Of a stretch of 64,000 nt of DNA, positions 53,750 to 64,000 are shown one piece after another. A model generated the notes under the pieces. That model saw nothing but the letters and a program-made list of their open reading frames with translations. It had not been told where the DNA came from and made no database searches. The stretch comes from Raillietiella orientalis (Eukaryota), in the NCBI GenBank assembly GCA_036172245.1, contig JAYWIR010000019.1:3100001-3164000 (forward strand), given 5' to 3'. The translations under genes and the position numbers were made by a program. Each line of letters begins with the position of its first letter. Position 1 is the stretch's first letter.

Positions 53750-54450
53750 TTAAGTAGCGGGAACTGAGATGGAACCCGATGCAGCGCATGGCCTTCTCTC
53801 TATCAGAATGTTTGCTCGCTGATTGTTCCCGTGCACGCCTTCGCCGAGCCGCAGGACTCCATCTTCAGTGAATTTGTGCAGCAGAGAATTTCTTTCTTGA
53901 TGCAGGTTTGAAGTCGAAGAATTCTTGGAAGTGCACTTGGAGTTCATCTCGAGAGAATCCCCGGTTGCTTCGGTGAGAGAGGAGGCTTGCCTCCTCACCG
54001 TCCACAGACCTTTTTAGGTCGCCGCTATCCTGGGGCAAATTTTCCTTTGGTTTTCGGGGTTTTCCTCCGATGGTAGCTGGATGATCTTCGTCAACACCAC
54101 TTTCTGAAGGGTCTCGAAGGCAAGTTCTTTCACGACGACTTCGGTCCGAGTGAGCAGCTTGAAGAAGCTGTCCAAGATGAAGGCATGAGGTTCCATCCGA
54201 CGGCCGCATAAGCCCCCGGGCAGACTTTCCTTCGATCACCGTACGGATACGGATTGGCTGCCCTTGGTGGAAGATGTATGAGATTCTTGACCATTCGCCG
54301 AATTCCTTCGTCGGTATACTTCCAATCGGCCTTTGGATGCGCATCCAGACTCTCGAAATGTACGAGACTGGGGTGTCCGCAGGTTTTTGAGCGCATGCGA
54401 TTTCATCTCTTGTTGAGGGACCTATGAATGTGCAAGTCCCCAGCTAGAGC
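53750..54450 (-). mobile_element. Utopia/NeSL-like retrotransposon fragment (post-RT thumb region)
   Basis: KTCGHPSL...PKADWKYTDEGIRRMVKNLIHLPPRAANPYPYGDRRK and ILDSFFKLLT...VVKELA resemble Utopia KTFxxPSL...KxxW...LxLPxxAxNxYLYG...IDSAFKLLTSxDxxVxxLA. Confidence 0.72.
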
Positions 54451-54549
54451 TTGACTTTTCTGGGGCGAATATGGCAGCATCTGCCAGCGGACCTGCGAAA
54501 CATCCTCCCGATTTCGCAAACCTCTCTCTTCCCACCACTGCGCTTTTCC

Positions 54550-55300
54550 AGAAGCTGTCTGCCCTCAAAAGAGGCGTAGCTGAAGAACGAACGGGTACAC
54601 CGGGAACATGAAAAAAAAACTGTCAGCTGCGAGAACAGCCAAACCTTGGGTTACGCCGTGCCTTGTAGCTGAGGGCACGAAACGAACGCCCGTTGGTAAA
54701 ACATGATGGCGCACTGGGCATGGGAATTCTTTGCGGAAGTTGTCATGGGAAACCTGCAACAGACCCGAAAAACCAGCTTCGATGCGCAAGGAAGATGAGT
54801 GCATCTGCAATGGAAGATACATAGACTGCGCATCTAGCCCTTGGGCTCTCTGAGGTAGCCATGTAAGTTGGAGCTGCTCTGTGATAGAAAATGCGCTCAT
54901 TTGCACGGAGTTCTCGGTGCATTACGGCCGCCGGGCTCCTCGGAGTGGACGCCCGTTGTCTTCCCAACGCTCCTTCGAGCATCCCCAGGCTGAAATTGTG
55001 GTTCCCATGAATTTCACATCCAAAGCATCCACCACGGGGAGCATGCGCGCTCTCGAGGAAACTCGTGAAACTCGCCCCGCGCATGTGCCTCGGCTCTCGG
55101 AGAAGACGGTCCGGCACCCGGATACAGCGCGAGCGCCATCCGCTCCGCGTTCGGAAACTGCGCCGGGCTGCGCCGCGGCGTGCGACGGCGGCGGCGCTCG
55201 AGGAAGACGCTCGCGGGAAGGGAGGGAACGTGAGGAGGTGGGAGCGGTGGTTCCTTCGGAGAAGAAGAGCACCCGGTCGGAGGTGCGGAAATTCGGAGGT
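54550..55300 (-). mobile_element. Decayed gag/ORF1-like fragment (copy 3)
   Basis: AQGLDAQSMYLP, VLPTGVRFV and VYPFVLQLRL parallel copy 2 (QGQEDADTLYL, LPNPFQLQL) and the Tx1 ORF1 TGxRxV motif. GC-rich 5' part. Confidence 0.5.
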
Positions 55301-55499
55301 GGACGACGAGGAGGAGGTGGGTGCGACGGCGTGTAACCGCCGAAAGCGTCTATGGCGACTGGTGGGCGCAGATCGATCGACCAGGTGGCCTCCCAGGGAA
55401 CAGAGCGCCTCTTCGCAAAGTGCTCCGCCGGTTTTCGAACGCAGTGCTGACAGCCTTCAGCTGTTGAGTGACTGACAGTTTCTCGCGTTCAAAGCGCCG

Positions 55500-56100
55500 T
55501 GGTTGTCAGGTGAGGCAGTGTGGAGAATGTGGTATTTCAGGCAGGCTTCTTTCTCGCTGCCTCTTCTAGATCATAAATTCTTGGATCGAGATGCCAGCAG
55601 ATGTACGCAGGGGCGTTGTCACGGCGAGGAAGCCGTCGACCATGCTGCACACAGTCCGTGGCGATTTCTGCCAACTTCATCCCTCGACAGGGACCAAGCC
55701 TCCTGGCACACAGCCCACCTCCTTACGAAAGACCAACTGCTTGACTACTCCACGAGTTTGTAATGGATGATGTCATCTGGACGCTGCCTGCCTTAAGGAC
55801 CTTTTGATTGCAACTCGTAAGCGACGGGTTCCAAAGGAACGCGATCCGTGCAACGAGGGACAAGGAAGCAGGAATGCCGTGTGTTTTCGCCTCCCCCAAA
55901 ATCAGCGGGATGAAATATTTGCCAGAAACGTGCGGGGAAAACGCTGCACAGTTCAAAGGCAAGCAGGAAACACCACCACTACCAGCAATATATATCAGTC
56001 CGGTTCTTCCCGCTGGTTCCTTGCGGACGCTCACGAACCCACCTCTCAGGTAAGATGTGTGCTGGGCGTGTCAGGGAATTGGAGGGAATAAAAAGATAGC
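55500..56100 (-). mobile_element. Decayed non-LTR RT N-terminal fragment, possibly the upstream part of the Utopia-like element
   Basis: AIKRSL...RPDDIIHYKL resembles the SAPGPDGIxY RT domain-0 motif. Same strand as 53750-54450. Confidence 0.3.
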
Positions 56101-58689
56101 AAGTCCTCGATAAGCGTTCTCCGGAGCTGCTGAAAACTTTCGCTCGTCTTCCAGAGGGAAACGGACAGTTCCATCTGCCGGCTGGCCGTCCTGATCAGCT
56201 GAAGGAGCAAATCAAAAATACCAGAGTTTATCTTTACATAGCGCGAAAAGATAAATAAAGTCAAGCTCCTTATCTCGTTCGGATGCACAGAGCAGGTACG
56301 GATTCTGATTATGGTGCGAAGTTTTTAGTATTTTCTGTACTGAGTATGAGTACAGTTCCATATTTCTACCTAAAAGTTCGACGTTTCGTACGTCAAGAGA
56401 AACACCAGAAAAATGCGAGACATCTATCGATCTACTTTTGAATCAGCATCTTCATTTTAATGAAAGTGAACAGGATTTTCTTCCGTTTGAATGCTTCTGC
56501 TGGACCAAACGTGCTAAAAGATCGTCATCACAGATCAAATTACACCCATGATGTACAGTGCTTTCGAAAATCTTCGGATACTTAACGAGTACACTACGCT
56601 TCAGGGACCACTACGTCATTCTAGGAGTCAAATTTGGCTATTGTGGAAATGAGAAAGATTCCTCTTCCCTTTTTTTCTTTTTTTTTTATGAAGGTCATCA
56701 ACGCGATTTTTTACTTCGAATCACTTTTGAAGAAGAACTTGCAGTTTGTAGGCAGTTGGTGGTATTTAAAGGGTTATCAATGAGATGGCTGTCTTATTTA
56801 CATTATTGATCACTGTTATTGAAAAAGTACAATCCCACGTCATTACTTGATTCTCGATTGTTCCCTCCCTCACGATTGGTTGATTAATTATGCAAGGATC
56901 TCAAACGACAGACTTTTTGCCCTTAGGTCACTGTCACTAAGGTAATGAATTAGCACTGCGGTCCAATGATCCTCACGTGCAATGGGGGACAGTATCATAT
57001 ACAAAAAACAAAAACAACAACTCTTCCACTTGCAACATTTTCTGAAATTCCCCGGTGCAGCCCTCGCGATGGCCTTCGCATTCCCAGGAGAATGTGCCGA
57101 ACACCACGAGCACCTGAACTCGAATGGTTCCTGTTTCAAACTCTGAACAAAAGAGTTTCAAGTGTCTTCTGTATGACACTGGGGAAACCAAGCTTTCATT
57201 CAGCATTGAAAAGGAATGCGAAGGGCTGTGATGTGAGCAGCCAGGATCTACTCCTTGGCCCACTGTATTGAGTCCTACGGTCACGATATCCATGGTAGGA
57301 CCAGATATAGAGTGTAGCTTAAACGGTTATAGATGTAGAAGATTTATTGTTCCACTTTGAAGCAGAAATTGAAGGTGCAAATTTATTTTCCAACTCGAAG
57401 CCAAAGAAGAAGAAAAAAAAAAAGGTGTTTAGAGTTTATGGATATGCCGTCAATTGAAGCGATTTAATGGTTTCTGCTCTATCATTCCCGCGGCTGAGCA
57501 TCGTGTCTTCTGGCTCTGCTCGCGAGAGTTCGAATGAAGCAAAATTCAGCCCGCTTGGATCATGTGTTCGGTGTTCCTTCCAAGCACGGCCCAGCTGACA
57601 CTGAACCACGGAATCGGAATTTATCCACAGCGTCTCGTGTGGGGCTGACTTCCCGCGTTCTACGAGGACTGCTACCGTCCCCCCTCCCCGTCACGTTATA
57701 CGAATTCGCGTTATAGGGGTTTCTACTACACTTTTCACGATGAACGCTTTCGAGCAGGCAGCCTTGTTCCTCGTCCTTGTGCCCGGAGAGTTCCGTGGTC
57801 GGCTCTGTGTGCCATCAGGAAACAACTCATTTCTTCGTGCAAAGGGCATTGATGGCTCTCTGCTGGCCACACGTCTGTGGTAGGTATGTCAGCCGGTTTC
57901 TTGGCCGCTAAGCAACTGCACTCTCGGAGACGTGCAAGAGTTCGACAGATCACGTCCAGAGAGTTTGCTCGCGAAAATCTGCATCCTCCAAGGGCATGGA
58001 AGGCTTTTTACCGTCTCTCAAATCTAGAGAGGAATCTGAAAAAGATGCATCTACGAAAGATGCAAGAAGATCGCGTGAGTTTCAGCAGAATTATGTTCTG
58101 ACGGCAGTGATTCCGTGTATTTGTTACTCTGCGAGTAGGGTGGTGTGATCTTTGGGTCCTGACAGGTCAGGTCGGTCACCTCCCAAGGAGTTGAGCATCA
58201 ACAACCGGGAAAAGTTCGTTCCTGTGGGCTCGGGCATAGTGGAATCGCATGTGCTCCCTCTCGTTCTAGGAAACGAGGACTGAGGAAGCAAAACCACGGA
58301 AATTCATCGGAAATCCCTATGAGGAGTCAAGAGGGGGGGGGGTCCCCTCTTTTCTTCATAGGTCAGGTTATGTAGTCAGCAAACTCTCCAATCACGAATC
58401 CTTATCTACTGTAGGCTATAACAGCTGATATTAGGTAAAAGTGGTTCAGATGACATGAAGACCGTGATGAATTCCTTGATTCGTTCTTATCTGAAATGAC
58501 GCGAGCATTTTTGTTTGCATGCAGATGACCTCGGGACCTACAAACAACGCATTTAGTCACACCAGCTTGGAGGAACACTGAGGAGAACGCTCAAAACACA
58601 AGCATCCAGAGGCTGTACGATGTATGCACTTGCAGTCGGCGTTTTCTGGAGTCCAGTGATCACTTCATGTCATCTTTCACGCGTCCTCA

Positions 58690-59170
58690 CCAGGCGCGCA
58701 AACAAGCCAGGAACACTAGAAAACAAACGGCCCTTTCTGCACCAGACGCTGCCTCCCTAGCGGTGAAAGTGTCTAGACACCGACATCTTCCACGCCTACG
58801 GTAAACAAACACGTCCTCCGCAGGTACTTTTTCATTTTCATCCACAGCGCAAGGATGAGCGATCCGGAAGGGCATTTCGACGGTGATGGGCGCAACGGTG
58901 ATGTCGATTCTCGCGTGTTTTGAAAACTTTCGTTGGAGAACCACCACTTGCAGAGATGGCCGACATCGGAGAAATCCACACACCCTGACGAATGAGCGAT
59001 CCGCTGAGGTTCCTGGAGTACCTGCTGAGCGTTCCCGTAGGGAAAACGCGATTGACGCTTTCTTTGCTGCGTTTGGGACCATCAGTTACGGAGGTCTCTT
59101 CGAGACGGCACAGAATGCAGCTCGCGCACGCGTGCGAAAGAAGCGAATCTAAAAGCCAAGCGAGCTGCAA
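58690..59170 (-). mobile_element. Decayed Tx1-type ORF1 fragment
   Basis: FVRVCGF...LQRKFSKHARI and WMKMKKYL...VG resemble RRM-like Tx1 ORF1 segments. Confidence 0.35.
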
Positions 59171-61045
59171 TTACTTACTCTAGCGAGATCATTAGGTGGG
59201 ACGCGACGCCAACGCCATGGCAATCGAGCTGGGAGTAATCGTGGGTACGCAAGGATTAATATCCGAAGTGATAGCATCTGGACGAGGTCAAATTTTTCCA
59301 GTGAAATTTGTCAGCAGTCTTCGGCAAATTCTGTTCCTGCTGGCTACTGCCCACATTCCTGACCCTAAGTAAGTTTTATCCCTATCCGCGTCCAAAGATG
59401 CACGCTTGCTGATCCCGAAAGCTATTGGAGGTGGGGACTCCTTCCGCACACGCAGCGTGCATCAGTGCGTGGAACACTTTCAGTGTTTTCGAGGTGTAGG
59501 AAGGAAGGGGAAAGGTGCTCTCGTCACTGCTGGATGAAAAACTTTGGTGTTTCCAATGTGAGTTTGAACAAAATATCGGTAGACCATGCAGCTGAATTGA
59601 GTTTTATTGATTGCACATACGTAAATTGTGTGTGTGTGTGTGTTTTTTTTTCTTTTCTTTTCGAAAAAAAAAAAAAAAAAAAAAAGGAGAGAATATTTTA
59701 GTACACATTACAAAAAGAATGTCATAAAACTCTTATTCACAAACAAAGAACACAGAGGGTTTTGCATAGTCATACATGTATGTATATTTAAAGCACATAT
59801 ATTGCTACTGTCTTCTATTTTTAAAACGTAAGTAATCAAATAATAGTAATAAAAATTTGGAACATTTTTTTTTCTCGTTTTTTTTTTCCTTTTTTCTTTT
59901 TTAGAAAGTCTGAAGCATTGTGGGATAGAACGAAGACAAAATGAGCCAAAAGGACTCTCTACGAATTCGTGAGGATCGACCGGCGAACCTGCAGAATTCG
60001 GCCGCCTTTGGCAAAAACGGAATGTCCAAAATACTGTGTGTGTTGAGTCAGGCAATTCGAAGGGTTCTTCGAAAGAACTGGGAATATGTGTCCCTTTGGA
60101 GAAGCGGGAACGAAAAGACAAAAGCATTTGACGTCAATAAGAGTTCACACGCTTTCTTAAAAGAGAACGGTCACGCCAGTGGTCACTGCCAACAACAGCT
60201 CTGTGGCTGCAGTGCTCTCTGGTAGTCGGCACAACTGTTCTGCAATTGCAAACTGTTCCAAAACTTAACTTTCGGATGTTTTTTTTGTTTTTTTGTTTTT
60301 TTTCTCGTTTGGTTTGGAAGACATACTGATTCTGCTGCTGTATTATGATCTGTTGCACAGATACATGGAGGCGTATTAACAAGTACGATAAAACAACTCG
60401 AAGTTGCTGGATCGCAGACAAGCAGTTCGGGAAACAAAAGGGCATTTTCCAAAGGAAGCAAATCGTACAGCACAAAAATCTTCATAAATTACTGCCATCT
60501 GAAGTTTGCACAAGAGTCCTTTGGTACAGTATCACCTTGGAGATTTGTTTCACACACGCTTACGACTAGGACAGATCGCTGTCTTTCCACAGAACACGTC
60601 GTAACACAGTGCAGAGTTCGTGCACAGTTTCTTTTTTTAATTTTATTTTTTTTTTCCTTTTATTTTCTCTTGAGAGTACCCCACTTGTTGAATTTTCCTT
60701 TTCCTTAGGCTGGGTTTGGATTTACTCGAAAATCACCTGCATGGAAAGAGCGTAGGTTTAGGATTCCCGGCTTCCAATGGAAAGCCTTTGAGCCCACAAT
60801 TTTTAGATAGGTTTCAATCGAAAGCTCCAAGAGGGGGAGTCTTTTCTACTTCCATTTACGCTACATCCTTGTTAACAGGGGGAAAATGCATGCATTAACA
60901 AAACTACAACGGGAAGATCAATCCCTGAAGGAGGATCATTTGCTGGAGAATTCTCCTCGATGGCTGGGAGTTAAGCAGCGGGAGAAGAAATGAAATGATG
61001 CTCACGAGCGCGGAAAGGGAAAGCTAGAAATGAAATTCCTGGCGG

Positions 61046-61278
61046 TTAAGAAAAGCAGCTTGTTTTGACGACGTCAATCATATGAAAATTTAAACCTCTC
61101 ATAATCACCACTGTAGGTGAGCACCCAGCGAAGCTTTCTGTCACCGGAGGTGATGCCGACGAAATGCTTCCGTTATAGAAGTGCGTGGGGCTTCCAGGCG
61201 GAGAAGGATACGTCCAATATATGACAGAAGGGTACACATTCGTCGTCGTCCTGGATGCTATGGGGCTAACTGCGGCAG
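61046..61278 (-). CDS. fus: fusilli/ESRP alternative downstream coding exon
   Basis: Acceptor TATTTTTTCAG at 61279. Joined in phase 1 to the donor at 63362 it reads SP-AAAVSPIASRTTTNVYPSVIYWTYPSPPGSPTHFY...PTVVIMRGL, matching the ESRP C-terminal YPSPPGSP...TVVRMQGL motif. The exon 3' end is uncertain (possible weak donor near 61096). Confidence 0.75.
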
Positions 61279-61969
61279 CTGAAAAAATATGTGGGGCAGC
61301 ACAGTAATGGAAAGCCCCGTAACTGGTGGTCAGCAGCGTGTTGCCTGAAACAGACAGACACAGCGTTTAGCACAAAGTGGCAGGGGCACAGGAACCAACT
61401 CGAAAAATTTGCACATTCCGCGGGGTCACGAGAGAGAGAGAGAAAAAAAAAAAAAGGAATTAAATCACAGGTCCTTGTTTCGGGGATGCTCATGCATTAT
61501 ACGGAAAGAGATGATGGTACTCCAAAGCAAAGACAAGAGGAAGGTCGATTGCTAATACTCGAAGGCAGCAGTAGCTTCACAAAAAGGAAACCAGCATGGC
61601 GTGCTTTCAAAATGCAACCAAAGAAGTTCAAAAACTAATAGCATACAACCAGACACATACATTTGTAGAGGGTCCTACCTTTTCTTATCACCAGAGACCT
61701 TTTAACGTCTTGCATGTCCCTCAGCCACCATATAACCCAATTACCTAGAGGTCCACCCAAGAAAAAGTCAGGCCAGCTTCAGAAGTGTGAAACACAAATG
61801 AAAGTGACAAAATGGCAGTACGACATTTGTTTGTTTGTTTGTTTTTTTTTCTGTGTGTTTTGTTTTGCAATGTTTTGGGAGTAAGAATTCCATAAGTCCA
61901 ATCTGTTGTGGCACAAGTTCTTAGACAAGCCCCAAAGCAAACTAGATACAAAAGTACATAATACACATC

Positions 61970-61975
61970 TTTATT
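61970..61975 (-). promoter_or_regulatory. Candidate proximal (intronic) polyadenylation signal of fusilli
   Basis: AATAAA on the minus strand followed by GT/T-rich sequence. A second AATAAA lies at 62080-62085. Confidence 0.55.
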
Positions 61976-62620
61976 CCATAGGAAGCATAATACAGAGAAT
62001 TCCCGATAAGCAATGGATCAATACAGTAAAATGCAATAAAACAGAGAGTGGAATTAAAAAGTAGAATCAACGAGATAAATTTATTTACATGGATGAGCGA
62101 AATAAAGGGAGAGCAAAAAAAAAAAAAAAATTTTTTTTTTTTATAAAAAAACACAGCATTTGATTCATAGTATTAAAAAAAAAACTTATAAATACAATAC
62201 TTTAATAAAATTGGATGCAGTAAAATGGGAAATGAATCTCGAAACTCAAAAGCAGTACTAAAAAAAACGCTGTGAGAGATCCGGTGGTCCGGAAACGAAA
62301 GTGGAAACAGCTTCTGCGAGTCTTTCCGGTGAAAACATTTTTTCCTTCTTTTTCCATCTCGGATTTTCCAAACAAAAAAAAAAAAAAAAAACAAAATCGA
62401 TCCGATCCGACTGAATCTTTAGCGAAGAGAAACTATCGAAGCATCTCCGTAGGCCGCGAGAGCTTTCTGCTCTTCCTTGACGACCGTTCCGTTCGAACGC
62501 ACCGATTTTCGAGGAAAGTCTTCCAGGGAGTCCCTATGCTACAGAAACGGAGGGTGGGGGAGTCAAAACGGAGTGTTGGCCTGAGAACGAGGCGGCAACC
62601 AAAACACGGGAAAAAATTAC

Positions 62621-62657
<37 letters not shown>

Positions 62658-62688
62658 CTTCGACGTCGTCTCAGAAAGGAATGTTACT

Positions 62689-63561
62689 TCAAATGTTAGA
62701 ATAAAAGGTGTACGGGTTCCAGCTCACAGCGGTGGAAGGGAATGCCGAAGCTAGGGCGGTCGCTCCCAGTGGGGACTGCAGGACTCTTTTGATACTCTCC
62801 GTTTGCAAGTAAGTGTTAGAAAACGCCTGGTCGAAAGACCTTTTCAAGCCCACCGAAGAGGTCGTGGGGCTGACAGACGTTGCGACCGGAGCAACCGCCA
62901 CGGCGGAGGAACTCGGCAAATACCCCATCTTGGAGATTTGCTGGCCGGCGGCGGCGGGACGAATGTGTTGCGGGACAGACAACCTGGCGGCATTGAGGAG
63001 GAGAAAGTTGGGGTTCACAATGTCGTGAAGGGGCAAGAAGTTGGCTGCGTAGGGGAAGGACGCGAGGGGAATCTGGGTGCGGATCACCCCAGGGGGAGCG
63101 CCGAGACTCTCGTTTAATAGCACTCCTGCGTTTAAATCGATCGGTGCGGCCATCCGAGGGGAAGCGGGGGTGGCTGAAAGCGCCGGTGTTACAAGCGGTG
63201 CCCTAGCCTTCATAGCCGCTACAGCAGCGACCGCTCCTAAAGTTCCACTCAGAGACCCACTCGTAGATAACTGTGGTAGCAGAACTTGAGGAGCGGGTTG
63301 TCCTGCCAGCGTCGCTAAATTGGATTTTCCAACAAGAGACACTGGATCCCAGGCAAACATACCAGGAGACAAAAAGGATCGTTGCGCAGAGGTGGGTATG
63401 CCGGTTAGAACCACGTTCATGTCTTCGCCAGAACACTGAAAGACTTCGATGTAGCGTTGCTTCTTGCCGAAGGTCATGTACTTGTGATGCCTTTGTTGGG
63501 CAGCTAGGAAAGCACTTTGCTCGCTGTCCATTTGTATAAAGGCTTCGCCAGAAGGTTGTCC
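62689..63561 (-). CDS. fus: fusilli/ESRP exon: second half of qRRM3 plus read-through Ala/Pro-rich C-terminus
   Basis: Acceptor [72 protein letters not shown] is ESRP/Fusilli RRM3. Frame stays open for 291 codons to TGA. Confidence 0.93.
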   Translation of the reverse strand, partial: GQPSGEAFIQMDSEQSAFLAAQQRHHKYMTFGKKQRYIEVFQCSGEDMNVVLTGIPTSAQRSFLSPGMFAWDPVSLVGKSNLATLAGQPAPQVLLPQLSTSGSLSGTLGAVAAVAAMKARAPLVTPALSATPASPRMAAPIDLNAGVLLNESLGAPPGVIRTQIPLASFPYAANFLPLHDIVNPNFLLLNAARLSVPQHIRPAAAGQQISKMGYLPSSSAVAVAPVATSVSPTTSSVGLKRSFDQAFSNTYLQTESIKRVLQSPLGATALASAFPSTAVSWNPYTFYSNI

Positions 63562-63914
63562 CTGAAGACCAAAAAAAAAGAAAAGAAAAAAAAAGACATG
63601 AGCGAACATCAGACACGCGATGCACTTCTTCGGGATCCCGGCACTCGTGTTTCGCTCCCTCGCTCTCTTTTTTCCAATATCGCGGAAACCCGACGCGTGC
63701 ACCATGCGGGCGAGAGCGCACCACCGGGTCTTGAAGGAGCCCCCGGGCTTCCCTTGAGCCGGACGCCTTCGCCTTCACGGCAGCGCGCGTTTCCGCCAAG
63801 AGGACGGCTGGACCGCTCCTCGCTCGCAATGATTCCCAGCAAAGGAAGCGCGCGAGGGGCCACTCCCGTCCACCCGACCGCACCCAAGAGGAGCGATTCA
63901 TTCTTCCTTTTTAC

Positions 63915-64000
63915 CTGCGTGTTGAATACCATATGCACTCCTTGAAAGACAATATTTTTAGCGTGGTCTCCGAGAAATTCAAGGATGTGTTCCACTTGGG
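63915..64000 (-). CDS. fus: fusilli/ESRP exon (partial): first half of qRRM3
   Basis: QVEHILEFLGDHAKNIVFQGVHMVFNTQ then donor CAG|GTAAAA. Phase-0 intron 63562-63914. The gene continues beyond the window edge. Confidence 0.95.

Noticed and set aside
35748..54450. Functional link between SNAPC2 (snRNA transcription) and U2-targeting Utopia-like fragments
   Set aside because: No snRNA gene is seen in the window; co-location is most likely coincidence.
62689..63705. 338-aa ORF as a standalone gene
   Set aside because: Its first ~48 codons lie in the fusilli intron 63562-63914; the real exon starts at 63561.

Overview
Eukaryotic genomic DNA, most likely from an arthropod or other protostome (inferred from an ionotropic receptor, a Fusilli-type ESRP and Utopia-like retroelements). 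The window is gene-poor and dense in decayed transposons. Three host genes are supported: SNAPC2-like with an intronless CDS (35748-36470, -), an intact intronless divergent ionotropic receptor (45402-47171, +), and the 3' end of fusilli/ESRP (61046-64000, -). fusilli shows two sequence-supported alternative C-termini, one by read-through of an internal donor with intronic polyadenylation and one by splicing to a downstream exon. There is also an orphan canonical histone H3 pseudogene, a pogo/Tigger-type MITE, two Utopia/NeSL-like fragments and many decayed LINE pieces. The most unusual structure is a Tx1/L1-like family whose RT 3' ends are repeatedly joined tail-to-tail to the C-terminus of an oppositely oriented gag-like ORF that carries a ~40-42 bp tandem repeat. 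All homology calls are by eye from remembered family motifs; no searches were run, and transposon boundaries are approximate.
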